This document shows positions 34,601-46,757 of a DNA stretch of 64,000 nucleotides, piece after piece. Origin of the DNA: Guillardia theta CCMP2712 (taxonomy: Eukaryota; Protista; Cryptophyta); the NCBI RefSeq assembly GCF_000315625.1, contig NW_005434668.1:623523-687522 (forward strand). Reading direction: 5' to 3'. The notes under the pieces are model-generated. The model saw only the letters and a program-made list of their open reading frames with translations. It was not told the DNA's origin and made no database searches. How positions within the stretch are numbered: the stretch's first letter is position 1; the number at the start of each line of letters is the position of its first letter. The translations under genes were made by a program, and so were the position numbers.

Positions 34601-35953
34601 ACAAGAAGATGATGATGATGGAAGAGACGTTGGCAGAACTGGACGCGCAGCTCCTGCAACTTCTCTCCTCCTACCTCGAGTTGCAACGTCAGCATTCGGC
34701 TCTCGTCGACGAGGCAGCCATCCGTTGCATCGCCCTCATGCTCCAAGACAAGTCGCCTGCCGTCGTCAAGTGCGCCATCTGCTCCCTCGGCTTTCTCTGC
34801 CCGCCAGGGATCCCCTCCATCATCCGTCTTGTCCTCCCCTCGCTCTCCCATCCCCATGATGAGATTCGTGATTTTGCGGCGTTGTGCATCGGGAACCTTT
34901 CAAGAGGAGCGAGCGACAGCCTCGTCCTCCTGCTGCATGTCGTTGAGGCTCCGAACGTTAGCAAGGACGCCATCCTCTCCGCGTTGAAAGCTGCAACGTT
35001 TGTGCTCAGGTGATGCACCCAGATGAAAGTAAGGCGAAGAGGAGGAGGAGACGAGGAGACGAGGATGAGGACGAGGAGGACGAGGAGGACGAGGAGGACG
35101 AGGAGGACGAATACCTCGACTGACTTTCCATCAAGCAGAAATCGATCGGAGGGTCTGGTAGAACAACGAGATCGACTTGACCGTCTCTTTCTATTTCTCC
35201 AGCACCCGGACAAGCAGATCAGAGAAGCGGCACGGACATTGAGCGGTTGTATAGCACGAGAAGATGATCGAGGTCCTCCTTCCCATCCTGCCCTTCTCCT
35301 CTCCCTCCTCCTTCCCCTCCTCTCCTCTCTCCTCCCTCTCTCCTCCTTCCCTCCTTCCTCCCTCCCCCCTCCTCTCCCTCTTCGCCTCCCTCCCCCCTCC
35401 TCTCCCTCTTCTCCTTATAGTTCTGGTTTGCTCATCCTCTGTCTCAGAGTTCCTTTTCTGCCCTGAGGTCATCGACCGTCATCCTCCTTTCGCGCCTGTG
35501 AGTTTTCCTTGCGTCCCTTCAGTGTCTGCGTCAATGGTCGTGTTGATTCAGATCAAACTGCTCTCTCCCCCAGCCTCTCTCATTCCTCCTCAGGGCTTCG
35601 ATGTCCCATGCATCAAGACCGCCTATGAAGAAGAGTTTGAACGAGGTCAGGCACCAGTCTCCTGTCATCTTCACCTCTGTTCTCTCCCTCTCCTCTCTTC
35701 CACCGACGGTCTTTGCGCTCTTCTCAAAGTCTCTCAGGACGTGCCTTATCCAAACTCGCTCGAGGACCAGCCCCCTACTCGCAGTACGTCGCCACTCGCA
35801 TCCCTCCCAGCACCAATCCAGGTGACGCGCACCTCTCTCCCTCTCTTCCTCACTCGCACGACTTCTTCCCCAACCGCTGCTCAGGAGCTGACTCGACTAG
35901 GCAACAAGCGGTGCATCATCTGGCCCACTGAGAGTCTGAGGACAAGCGGATGA
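29665..35953 (+). CDS. Large WD40-repeat protein with C-terminal HEAT-like repeats (multi-exon; may be more than one gene)
   Basis: WD motifs: AHDSAVMALD..VKVW, GHKSKI..TASLDGKVRIW, AHDAKITTLQ..SASLDGNIILWD, GHEQDVTQ..SSSLDGDVRMWD. HEAT-like segment LQDKSPAVVKCAICSLG..LSHPHDEIRDFAALCIG. Introns are filled with microsatellites, so the exon chain is only partly resolved. Confidence 0.65.
31621..31881. repeat. Intronic microsatellites (ACT)n, (TTC)n/(CTG)n and (GATGGT)n
   Basis: Directly visible within introns of the WD40 gene. Confidence 0.85.
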
Positions 35954-36024
35954 GGTGAAAGACCAAATGAGAGGGTGAGGAGGAGAAGAAGAAAGGAAGC
36001 CAGAGAGCGAGAGTTTGTGATTTG

Positions 36025-37091
36025 TCAGTGCTCAATATACATCAGATGACCACAAAGCGAGCAGGCGGAAAGATGACAAAGAGCGAAAGCTGCACGTAGC
36101 GAGGTTAGAGCAGAAAGCAGACCAACGGAAGAGAAGAGAGGACAAGACGTAGCAGGAGCAGGAGAACGAGAGGCGAGTTGAGTATGAGGAGCGAAGAGAT
36201 GAGGAGCATAGACGAGAGGGAAGTAAGGGGGAGAGAAGGAGACGCGAAGGAACCATAAGATCGCTACCTGCATGAGAGAAAAGAATATTCCGAGCAAGTT
36301 TGGCAGTTGGACAAACCAATCGTCGATGATAACTCCTGAGAAACCCTTACACTTGAGCCGACCAGAGAATAAGGTCACCGTAAAAGTACCAGGACAAACT
36401 GCTGAAGAAGTTCATCAAGGCTAAGAGGAAGGGAACTGGGACAGGCAGACGTTAGCAAATTGAGAAGGAACGTGAGGGGAGATGAGAAGAAAGGAAGAGA
36501 AGAAGAGACGACCACACTACAAGAAAGCAGATCATGCGACCCCCATGATAAGACAACCAGGAGGAACAAGAGCTTACCACTCTCAGCACTTCGGCTCTCG
36601 AACACAACCCGCACGGTAGCGAGCGGAGCGACGAAACAAGCGATGGAAATGAAATTCTGAGCAGCTCCAAGGAAATATCTGCCCTTCGACTCCTCCATGT
36701 TCGACGCCTGGTAACAGGCCCCGAGCAGCGTGACGAGAGAAAGAAAGATCTCCACGAGCAGCCTCATTCTGCCATGATAATACCGCTGGTACGCAAACAG
36801 ATAGGCTGCCGTCACCGTCACCCCGAAGCTGTTGAGCATCATCACGAAGGTGTCGCGAATGAGGAACCCGTAGAAGGTGGAGAGACAAGAGTTGATGAAG
36901 TTGGTCAAGTACGGCAGGTAGCTGAAGTGCCCTGTGTTGTTCTGCCTTGCGATCCTCCTGATGACGGGGTAGGGGCTCAGATACTGCGCGATGGTTGCAA
37001 TCAGCGCAACGATCTGCACGGGGAAGAGAGCGAAGTGAAGGGGAGAGGGAGTGTCGATGACGACGTGACCCGCTGCTGTGATGGGGGGCAT
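36025..37091 (-). CDS. SWEET (MtN3/saliva) sugar transporter
   Basis: Two MtN3 repeats: YLSPYPVIRRI..NTGHFSYLPYL..N...FYG; and FVAPLATVRVVFESRSAES|VPFLLALMNFFSSLSWYFYG|..DWFVQLPNLLG. Both ends approximate. Confidence 0.9.
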
Positions 37092-38233
37092 GAGGGTCCA
37101 ACCAACTCCCTCCAACTTTCACTTCCCTGGCCAGCCGCGCCACGTGGGAGAGAGCATGCAGCAAGCACCCGCTTGGTCGATCACGACTAGTCCATGCCGT
37201 AATGTTGGATATCGCGGAGATGTAACACCTGCCTGCACACGTGCACATTAAATCGCTACAAGCAACTGAAAATTTCCATTGTACTGCCCCCTAATCTCCC
37301 TCCCTCCATATGTTTTCCCTAGCATCACCCTCTCCAGGCAGCAGAAACCCCTTCTTCAAATCATTCTCTTCGATCCTTCATCTATCCTTATCACGGTATG
37401 TCATCTATCTGAATATCCTGCTTCTTGTCTGAGCTCCTCGGCTTCATACCTCACACATCATATCGCAGAGCAGAGCTGATTCTTTCTTCGCAAGTGACTG
37501 ACACTAGATCATGGTGAGCCTCTTCTGCAACTCAAAGGGACATTGTGTGCAAGTGTCTCTTCATACCGTTCAACGTATCTGCATGGTTCCCCACCGCTGC
37601 CTCTTGTCTTTCTCTCCTCCTCTTCCCTCTCTTCCCCTTCTCCCTCCCAAGCCTTCATTTCACAGCATCGCGACGCCTGCTACCCTACCCAACTTACCGA
37701 AACTACCCCTACCACCCCTTGGATACACTACCCCACGTTCTAAGGCAAATATTCGGGCTGCTCTACCTCACAATTTTCCTTAGAGTACCCCCGTCGTTCC
37801 TGATAGTACCCCTCATCGTTCCACCACCCACCCCTCAAAAATGACCATATACACTTGTACCCAATCAGGGTATGAGCAAGGGGTGCAAAATTCACCCCCA
37901 CCCCTTTTATGACAGAGAAAAACAGGGGTAGTATTCCACAACGGTATCGTGAGCATGCCCCGACAATGTACACCCACCCCTCCGTCTCCCTCTCAACTGG
38001 GTGAAGGGGGTAGGGGTCATCGGACGGGGTCATATCGTGTGCAGGTGTAACCGATGGAGTTATGGCGAGACGAGGGAGCGAGCGATGGAGATGGGGAGAG
38101 GAGACGCTGCTAGTGGAAGCAAAGCAGATGCGCCATCTCAGTCGTGCAGGTGCTTCGTCTCTCTGCTATCGTCATCCAAACTTGATAAGCGATAGAACTG
38201 TGCGATAAAAACGTTGGCTCCTGAGCTAAAAAA

Positions 38234-39421
38234 ATGAAGGAAGCTGAAACAGAATGGATACGAGAGCATCTTCCCTTATCGGAGGAGGATAGAAAAACTG
38301 TCATGGTAACATTGGAAGCGTTGAAGGGCAATGGAGGAGGTCTGTCAGGCTGCATGAAGGTTGTAAATGTATGCTGGCCTAATGACAAGGCCTTGACATT
38401 CGTGATAAAGAATACTTCAGACAACGGATTCGCACAGAGTAAAACCTTGGGCCTGTATCGAGAGGCGCTGTTTTATCAAAAATTTGCAAATGAATTCCAA
38501 AAGGCGTCTATTCCCCTGGTGAAAGTATATTATGCTAAGGGCGATGCAGATACGGGAGAACGAACCCTGATGATGGAAGATCTGAGAGAAAAGTCGGTGC
38601 TCAGCGGTTACTTCTTTGGGAGTGGTTCTCCTTTGAATTGGGGAAGAGACTTGAGCGAACATTTAAAACGACTTCCCTCCCCTCTCACCGCATTTGATGT
38701 AGCTAAGCGTACCTTCCAAGAGGCTGCCAAGATGCATCGTCGGTATTGGTTGGATCCGTCGCTGCTCCAGCATGATTGGTTGCGAGGACGAGACTGGATT
38801 CAAGGACGAAACCAGGAGAGCTGGGAGATGGCACAAAGGCAAGGGAAAGAATCATGGATGCGAACTCAAAAACGAATTGCAGAGAGTAACTGCCAAGTGG
38901 AATGGGATCAAAACCTCTTCGATTGCATGTCTGCTGCCATGAACAGTGTGGACTGGAAAAAGTTTCAGAGCATCTCGGGGAACCGACCATGGACGCTTGT
39001 GCATGGAGATTTTCATCCTGGGAACATCATGTGGGTATTCGAACCTCAGGGATATCCGTTGATGTTGGATTGGGAGATGGTAGGGTTGGGTAATGGTGCG
39101 CAGGACCTGAGTCAGTATTTGATCTCTCATGCGAATCCAGACTTGCGAAGGGAGATCGAAGAGGACTTGTTAAGATTGTACTATGACGTGTTGGTGGATC
39201 AGACCCTCCCTGGGAATCCAGAGCTGTCGCCGGGTACGTACTCATATGATCAGTGCAAGCATGACTACGTTGAAGGAGGAGCGAGACGGTGGATTTGGTT
39301 GCTTGCAATTCTGTGTGAAATGTGCCCTGACTCAATGAATCAATACTTTGCCGATCAAACTGCAGCTTTCCTACGAGATCATGGGCTGCACAAAGGCAAT
39401 ATTGGAATGCCACAAGTTTGA
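38234..39421 (+). CDS. EcKinase/choline-kinase-like (APH-fold) small-molecule phosphotransferase
   Basis: Intronless 395-aa ORF with GLYREALFY, LMMEDL, TLVHGDFHPGN (Brenner motif) and LDWEMVGLGNGAQDLSQYL. Confidence 0.85.
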   Translation: MKEAETEWIREHLPLSEEDRKTVMVTLEALKGNGGGLSGCMKVVNVCWPNDKALTFVIKNTSDNGFAQSKTLGLYREALFYQKFANEFQKASIPLVKVYYAKGDADTGERTLMMEDLREKSVLSGYFFGSGSPLNWGRDLSEHLKRLPSPLTAFDVAKRTFQEAAKMHRRYWLDPSLLQHDWLRGRDWIQGRNQESWEMAQRQGKESWMRTQKRIAESNCQVEWDQNLFDCMSAAMNSVDWKKFQSISGNRPWTLVHGDFHPGNIMWVFEPQGYPLMLDWEMVGLGNGAQDLSQYLISHANPDLRREIEEDLLRLYYDVLVDQTLPGNPELSPGTYSYDQCKHDYVEGGARRWIWLLAILCEMCPDSMNQYFADQTAAFLRDHGLHKGNIGMPQV

Positions 39422-39949
39422 ATGATTCTTGACTTTCTCCGATTATGAATACATTACTAAGTTACTACTACAAGTTACTTCTTGTCTATCAAGCGGCTAG
39501 ATTCCGTTTGCCAACTTGGCAAAGTCATCGGGGGTGGGGGGAGGGGGGGAGGGGGGAGGGGGGGAGGGGGGGCCGTTGCAGAATGTGGGATGTAACGGCG
39601 AAGAAGGTAGTAACAAGACTAGACCACCGGTAGGAAGGTGGTTGCAAGAGGGGTGGTGGTCAGCCGACAGCCGTTAAGTTCCGTGGTGAAGATGGCGGGA
39701 GCAGGAGGCTGAGGAAGGAAGCAGAGGGGAAAAGGGAATGGCTGAGAGCAGAGCAAGTTGAGCGACAAGACGTGATCACAAAGATGTATTGAGCATCTAC
39801 AAGTGAGCATGAATCTTGGGCATGCAAGAACTAACAAGAAAAGTTTGCAAAGTTGATAGCGGAAATTCAAAAAAAAACACCAGGGAAGTAGAAGAGGCAA
39901 TGATTTTCAAGCATCAACGTCTCCATCACTAGTCAGTTGAGACCTCGCC

Positions 39950-42900
39950 ATGACCAGTGAGGAGGGAATCGCTTTTCTCCCTGAGGTGAGGGATGCGCTT
40001 CTGCAGCGCGTGGGAACTCCTTCAGGGCTGATAAAATCTTTAAACCCCAACATGTACAGTAAAGGTTCGTTGATGCCAGATTGGACCCAATCGCGTACAG
40101 TCAACGTGGAGCATCGTCTTGGCCGGACATATCCCATGGCTGAGCTCAATGTCAAAGACTTCGTTCGCCTCCCCCGGTTGTCCACAAGGACTAGTCGCAT
40201 TCTCGACCCTTCAGATGCTGCCAGCAGATCCGGGTCGCCGCTTGATGGGGGGGCGAGGAGAGAAGCTCTGCTGCGCTTCCAAGCGAAACAGTCGGACATC
40301 AAGCCTCTGCAAGTCGCACTTGCCAACCCCTACACGCAGAAGATGAAGCGACTGAGCACGAGGAGCGAATCGAGGGAAAGTGCTCTGTCCAGCCAGAGCA
40401 CGAGGAGAGAAGAGGCGAGGGTCGAGGTTGCCATCGAGAACGAGGGAATCTTTGTGTGTGAGCTCGACCGTGAAGCAATGGACGGCTCTCTGCAGAGGTG
40501 CATCGCGGGAGAGCTCTACTCCTTCGGGGTGTCGCTCAAGTATGGTTACGGTAACGCCAAGGTGGGGACAGACATCGACCGGGAGATGATGGAGCAGTGG
40601 CTCGTGAAGCAGGGGGGGATCAACGCCTTCTTGACCGGCCCTAAAGAGATCAGCTGCACGTGTACCCACGTCGCTCAAGGGGCCTACGCGTTCACCTTCA
40701 GCTCCTCGCTTGTTGGTCAGTATCAGCTGTGGATCTTCGTGGGCAAGTCGTCCGTGGGTGGCAGCCCTTTCCCTGTCCGGATACTTCCTGGGCCAGCCAA
40801 GGGAAGGAGCTGTCACGTGACGGGCCTGGGGCTGTGGTCGGCTAAGGTTGGCATGGAAGCTTCCTTCGAGTGGGCGGCGAAAGACAGCTACGGGAACAAG
40901 GTGGAGCAGGGAGGCGATCCCTTCCTCGTGGCCGTCTTGGGCCCAGATGAGATCCCAGTTGAAGTGATCGACCACAAGGATGGAAGCTACAGGGCTGCCT
41001 ACACTCCCACCATTGCCGGGCAGTATCGCATCTCCATCACTCTACACAAGGAGCACTTGGCAGGCAGCCCGTTCCTAGTGTCTGTACACGAAGCGACGGC
41101 AGACGCGAGCATGTCGACTGTGAGCGGGGATGGTCTCGAAGATTGTCACGTGGGGAGGACAGGCATTTCCTCATCGAGGCGCTGGACAGGTACGGAAACC
41201 GAGTGATGCACGGGGACGACAAGTTCGTGGCTGACCTGGAGGGGCCGGGGGCCGAGAAAGTTCACCTCATCGACATGGACGATGGGACGTACGCGGGCAT
41301 GTACATGTGCCGATGGAGCGGAGACTTCAAGCTTCACGTGCTGCTGGACGGCACGCCGGTCGCTGAGAGTCCCTTCGACATCCACGTGCGTCCGGGCCCG
41401 ACCTACCCTCCCAACTGCGAGTGCACACTAGTGAAGCTCCCGATGACTCGCCTCCTCTCCGTTGCCGGAACTCTCTGCTCCTTCACCATCTTCGCCAAGG
41501 ACAGATTCGGAAACAGGAGGGAGGAAGGTGGCGACGACTTCGCGGTGCGATGCAGGAGCCCAACAGACACAGTGAACGCGGTGATCAAGGACAACAAGGA
41601 TGGGTCGTATGTGACGGAGTTTCGATGCTTCAAGGAAGGGGATTACTTCATCGAAGTGAAGCTGGGCAAGATAGACATCCAAGGCAGCCCCTTCGTCTTG
41701 ACTGTTGATCCTTCCAGCACTTTTGCGATGGAGTCCATGGCCGAGGGCATTGAGAATGAGTTCGGTAACGGCCTCAAGATAGCGCAAGCAGGACGACCTG
41801 TCCAGTTTCGAATCCACGCGAGAGATGAGTTCGGCAATGTGGTGCGAAAGCCGGGAGACGACTTCCAGGTGCGCATCCTCGAGGTGCAGGAAGGCATCCG
41901 AGTGCGAGCCAAGGTGATGGACAACGGGAACGGGACGTACGAGGTGACGTGGACGGGGATGATCAGAGGCGAGTACGACATCCACGTGGCCCTCAAAGAC
42001 GAGCCGATCAAGGGCAGCCCCTGGAAGGCCGTCGTTCGCACTGGCAACGCCTCCGCCGAAAAATGCACGGCGGAGGGATCAGGGCTGGGAGGAAGCAGCG
42101 CAGGAGTACCGAACTCAATCCTCGTGGAGTCAAACGATCACTTTGGCAACATCGTGACCAACGGGGGGGCGAAGGTGGAAGGAGTTCTCGTGTCCCTCGA
42201 TGGATCCCTCAGCATCGCCTGCGAGGTTGCTGATCACGAGGACGGCACTTACACTGTGACCTATGCCGCCAAGCGCAGCTCCGAGTACTTCCTAGCTGTG
42301 CGGGTCGACGGGGAGCACATCCATGAAAGCCCCTTCCTCATCTTCGTGGACCACACAGTCACCGACGCGTCTCAGTGCATGGCAGAAGGAAAGCACGAGC
42401 ATGGCGATGGCTTGAAATATTGCTCGGTGGGCGATGAAACTGGCTTTCAGATTTTTGCATTCGACACGTTCGGAAACAGGTGCACAGTTGGAGGAGACAG
42501 CTTCTATGCTGTTCTCAAAGGAGAGAAGGACGTCAATGTTGAGATCCTCGACCATCAGGACGGGCACTACACCTGCTCCTACACCGCCTTGTGGTCAGGC
42601 CAATACCAGTTGCATGTGACATTGAACGGGCAGGACATCCAGGGAAGCCCGTGGGGGATCGAGGCGATAGGAGCTGAGATCCACCCGCCCTCATGCTACA
42701 TCCATGGCCCGGGGATCTACGCGACGGTCGCAGGCAAGGAGGCAGACTTGCACGTGCAGGCCAAGGACAAGTACGAGAACATCCGCCAGGAGGAGGACCC
42801 GATCGAAGTTCACATCTCCGGACCTGAGAAGGTCACGATCCTACGAAGATACCTGGGTGAGGGCCAGTACGACTTCTTCTGGACCGCCAACTCCACTGGG

Positions 42901-43764
42901 GTGTATGAGGTAGACATCAGCTGCCATGGTGAGTCTCTTGGTACGGCTCCTTACTCGGTTAACGTCGGGCCCGGGCCCATCCACCCGCTCAACTGCATCG
43001 CCACCGGCGACGGGCTGCACTCGGGGATGGCAGGGATACCCAACATCTTTGTGATCAACTCCAAGGACATGTTCGGCAACGCGAGGACGCATGGGGGAGA
43101 CAAATACTCTCTCTCCATCTCAGGCCCCACAGTGTGCGAGGCCAAAGTTCGGGACCAGGAGAACGGCAGGTACACAGTGACATGGTCGACGCTGATCAAG
43201 GGGTCCTACTGGATTCAAATCACTCTCAACGGAGAGGAAATCTCCGGAAGCCCTTACCTCTGCGAGATTTCTCCCTCCTACGTGGACGTCGAGGCCTCGC
43301 AGGCGTCAGGAATGGGCTTGCTGTCCGTCGCCACCTTCAAGGACTCCTCCTTCACCATCCACAGCTACGACAAGTACGGCAACCATCTGGACAAGGGCGG
43401 CGACAGCTGGGAAGTGTCGATCGTCGGGGTCGAGGTCCCTGAGGTTTCGATCCAAGACAACGACGACGGGACGTACCTGGTGAGGTATCAGTCGACGGTC
43501 AAGGGTGTCCTGCAAGTATATGTGGGAATGAAGGGGAGAGAGCTGGTGGACAGCCCGTTCGAGGTGTACTCGGACTCCAAGGTGAGGAGGAAGCTGGCGC
43601 AGGAGAAGGCTGCCAAGCTTGCATCCAAGCAATCGGAGGCAGAGAAGCGAAGAGACTCTTCGGTCGCCATCATGAATGAACAGGTGAAGAAAGTTGGGAA
43701 GAAGAAGGAGAGTGACGAGGAAGAGTCGACACTGCCGACAAGGGGGATGAAGATTCTTGGTTAA
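39950..43764 (+). CDS. Filamin/ABP-120-type Ig-repeat protein (10 repeats), split by a 1-bp frameshift at about 41152
   Basis: Repeated G.GL..G...F.I...D.YGN...GGD.F...D..DG.Y...G.Y.L.V...I.GSPF units across ORFs 39950-41206 and 41143-43764. Adding one G to the G4 run at 41152-41155 restores GLEDCHVGEDRHFLIEALDRYGN. Confidence 0.85.
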
Positions 43765-44031
43765 TCGTTGCAGCCATGAAGACGGCGGTCCTCTTTTCCC
43801 GGAACGCCATTTATTCCGGCGGATGCTTATCCCTAAATCGTAAGAAATCTGTAAACGCAAAAAGAGACTGCGAAAGAGACTCCAGTGGCTGTCATTCCGG
43901 GTTGAAACATCATTCAACGACCAGCCTTCGAGGCTCGCATTTCTAAAGTCTCTGCAAGATCCTTGAGAGGACAACACAACAATAAGAATACGCCCAAGAA
44001 TTCATCTACAATGTGAACAACAACTGGAAAT

Positions 44032-45364
44032 CTACAAGGGCAGACGCGTTAACTGCACAAGGGTCAGTGAGCAGAGGAGGAGCGCAGTGATTCCTTCACC
44101 TGTAGGCTCATCTTCAATCGAAGCCGTTCTCTTAGCGTACCACCCAATCGCTACTCCAGCAGCAATGGCAAGAGTTCCGTACGTGTAGGCCGCTGCCTCA
44201 AGCCCGAACAGATGCACAGACGATCCCAGCACAGCAGGACCGAGGAAGGCGCCGAGGTTGTGAGAAACGAAGGCAAGCTGCACCAGAGTCAGAAAGGGAG
44301 GGAGCGAGGACTGACCTCACCTGCTGCAGAGCTGGTGAGCGAGCATCTCCCTGCCCTACGCTGTCCACCATCCTCAAGAACACACCCGTGTAGACAACAC
44401 TCGCGCTGCATCCCAACAGCATGACCGGAACAACCTCAACCGCCAAGGACTCCGGGCTGAAGAGCGCGAGGAACGCGACACCGTTGCAAGCTAATCCAGC
44501 ACCCACCAACATATTTCTGTTGATCTTCTCCGAGACTAGAGCCGCCACGTTGGCCACGAAGATGAAGGCGATGGCCGCGATCATCATGAGGCCTCCCAGA
44601 GCTGAAGCAGAGGTGGCAAAGGCGACATTGAGATGGAGAGGAAGGATGACTTCACTGAACGCAACGGTGGAAGAGATGAGCAGGAGAGACACGAGCGAGA
44701 GAAGAGTCTGCGGGTCCTTCACGTGCGGGGTCAACGGCTCCATCTTGGTGAACTCAGCATCGTTGTCCCTTAGGTACATCATGACCAAAGAGAAGACGCC
44801 AGCGAGAGTCAGACCAGCGAGCAAGCAAGGAATAAAAGCTCCATCCGAGGACAATGAGCCGCCGATGAGAGGGCCCATCGTCAGGCCGAACCCGCCGCAG
44901 AAGTAGACCATGACAAACCTGTTGCCGCGCTCGGACGAGGGATAGAGCGAGTCTAACATAGCGATGCTCCCTGATTGCAAGAAAGTGCTTCCAACTCCTC
45001 CGATCGTTCGACTCAGAAATAGAATGGGGAACGAGGAGCCAGCCATGAACATGATGCAGTTGAAGAAAAACACCACCTGCGCTGTCGCGATCATCATCCA
45101 GCACTTCACATGCCCAGCGAGGAAGATCGTAAGAGGAGTTCCCATTGCAGCTCCAAAGCTGTAGCTAGCGAACAGAAGCGCAACCTCAGCAGTAGAAAAG
45201 TAGGCTCCTGTTATCAAGTGGTAGGAGGGAACAAGAGGGATAAGGTATGTGTACAAAAACCCTGAAAGAAAAATCGTGACACAGATGACTATGAAGGCGA
45301 CCTTCCTCTCCTTATCCTCCACCTGCATTATATCGATTAGTCTCCAAAGCATCATTCGCATCAT
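44032..45364 (-). CDS. MFS transporter (12-TM, SLC18/DHA1-like)
   Basis: About 12 hydrophobic segments, including IVICVTIFLSGFLYTYLIPLVPSY, LFLSRTIGGVG, YPSSERG and GLTMGPLIGGSL. One intron near 44281-44320; 3' end may extend to about 43914. Confidence 0.85.
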
Positions 45365-45974
45365 GAAATCACATTCGCGTTGAATGCTCCAGCAGCAAGG
45401 TTTCCTGCCCTCAACAGGAAAGAAGCCTCCGCCTTCTGCTCACTGTCTGGTTCCATCTTGGCACGAGTATAGAAGGCAGAGGGGGATCAAGGGAATGAAT
45501 GTAGCCCTAACGCCACTCCTGCAGGAACAATCAAATTCATTTCAATACAGAAAACTTAGAGGATAACAACATCTCTTTGCGTTTTCATGTCAGGGATTAC
45601 AACAACAAGATAAAATTTGTCATGTGCAATATCACCGAAACACCTGCATTTAGATTACCGCAATCTTGTTGATTCTGGCATCATTGATTTCGAACAATGT
45701 CTCTTTGTATGCACACAGATATCAAGAAGAAAAGCATCATGCCATGCTTCGATTCCTCCCTTGTTCCCTCCAGTGTAGTTCGATTGCCTTCTGAACTCTC
45801 AATTACCACCCTCGTCCTTCCCTTCAAACTAGTGCACTTGCTACTAAAAGTAGTGTGTGGCACTCTTCTCTTACACGGTCTGCCGTCGCTAGCCTTCTCC
45901 TCTCTCTTCCTCTCTCTTCTCCTCGCCTTCTATTCCTCCCCTTGTTGCCCTCCATTGACACGACAGCGTCTCGA

Positions 45975-46480
45975 CCTCGGTACCAAAAGAGGATCACCCT
46001 ACCCCCACCCTCACATTTGCCACCCCACTTCAGAAAAAGTCCCACCCCTCGATTATCTATGAGTACCCGGTACCTTTACCACCCTCGTGAACTCCTTACT
46101 ACCCCACGAAAAGGGGATACTCCCTTGCACACCCCCTTTGAGATCACCCCTACCCTATCCTTTGATCAACACCCAACCCCTTTTGCGTAGTACAAATGTT
46201 GGAGGAACGAGCTGAACAAATGTGAAATTTTACCTCTTGATTTGAATATTTTATTGTTATCTTGAATAATTTTTTTCGAATTGACGCAACCATATTCGGA
46301 TTTAGAACCCACCCAACTGATAGCTTTCATTTTGATTGTGACGTGGGTGGGGTGGGGACTACTGATTTGCAAGGGTCTAGAATTGAAGGATTTGAAGGGG
46401 GTAGTTGTCAGTCATACAAAGGGTAGGGGTAGTGGCAAAGGGGAGGATCACCTAAAGGTAGGGGTGAGGAATTTCCCATA
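45975..46480. promoter_or_regulatory. TACCCC then GGGGTA tract
   Basis: C-rich taccc/acccc words (45975-46180), then G-rich ggggta words (46340-46470), directly before CCGG tract 3. Confidence 0.4.
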
Positions 46481-46519
46481 ATTTTCTTCCTGATTTAGAA
46501 ATAGTGGTCATGTGTGGGG

Positions 46520-46757
46520 ATGTGGCTCCCGGTCAACACACGGTCAGTGATCGGACGGCCGCGCGGCCCGGCCGCCCGGCGCCGGGCGACCCGGCCGCCC
46601 GGCGCCGGGCGACCCGGCCGCCGCGTCGGACAGACGGTCGCGCCCGCCGGAACGGGAAACTTCCCGGAGTCCCGGCCGCGCACGCGCGTCCACGAGACCT
46701 TCGGCGGCCGCCGAACCAGCTGAACGCCCGCTGTCAGTACCGTACTGACAGCGGGCG
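46520..46757. other. GC-rich CCGG tract 3 ending in perfect palindromes
   Basis: A 23-bp tandem duplication (cccggccgcccggcgccgggcga), palindrome ttcggcggccgccgaa (46700-46715), and a 16-bp-arm inverted repeat (46725-46757). Confidence 0.75.

Noticed and set aside
40211-40975. 254-aa minus-strand ORF and other antisense ORFs over the filamin-repeat gene
   Set aside because: Antisense shadows caused by GC3-rich codon usage.
41143-41206. Programmed ribosomal frameshift in the filamin-repeat gene
   Set aside because: No canonical X XXY YYZ slippery heptamer; a homopolymer indel is simpler.
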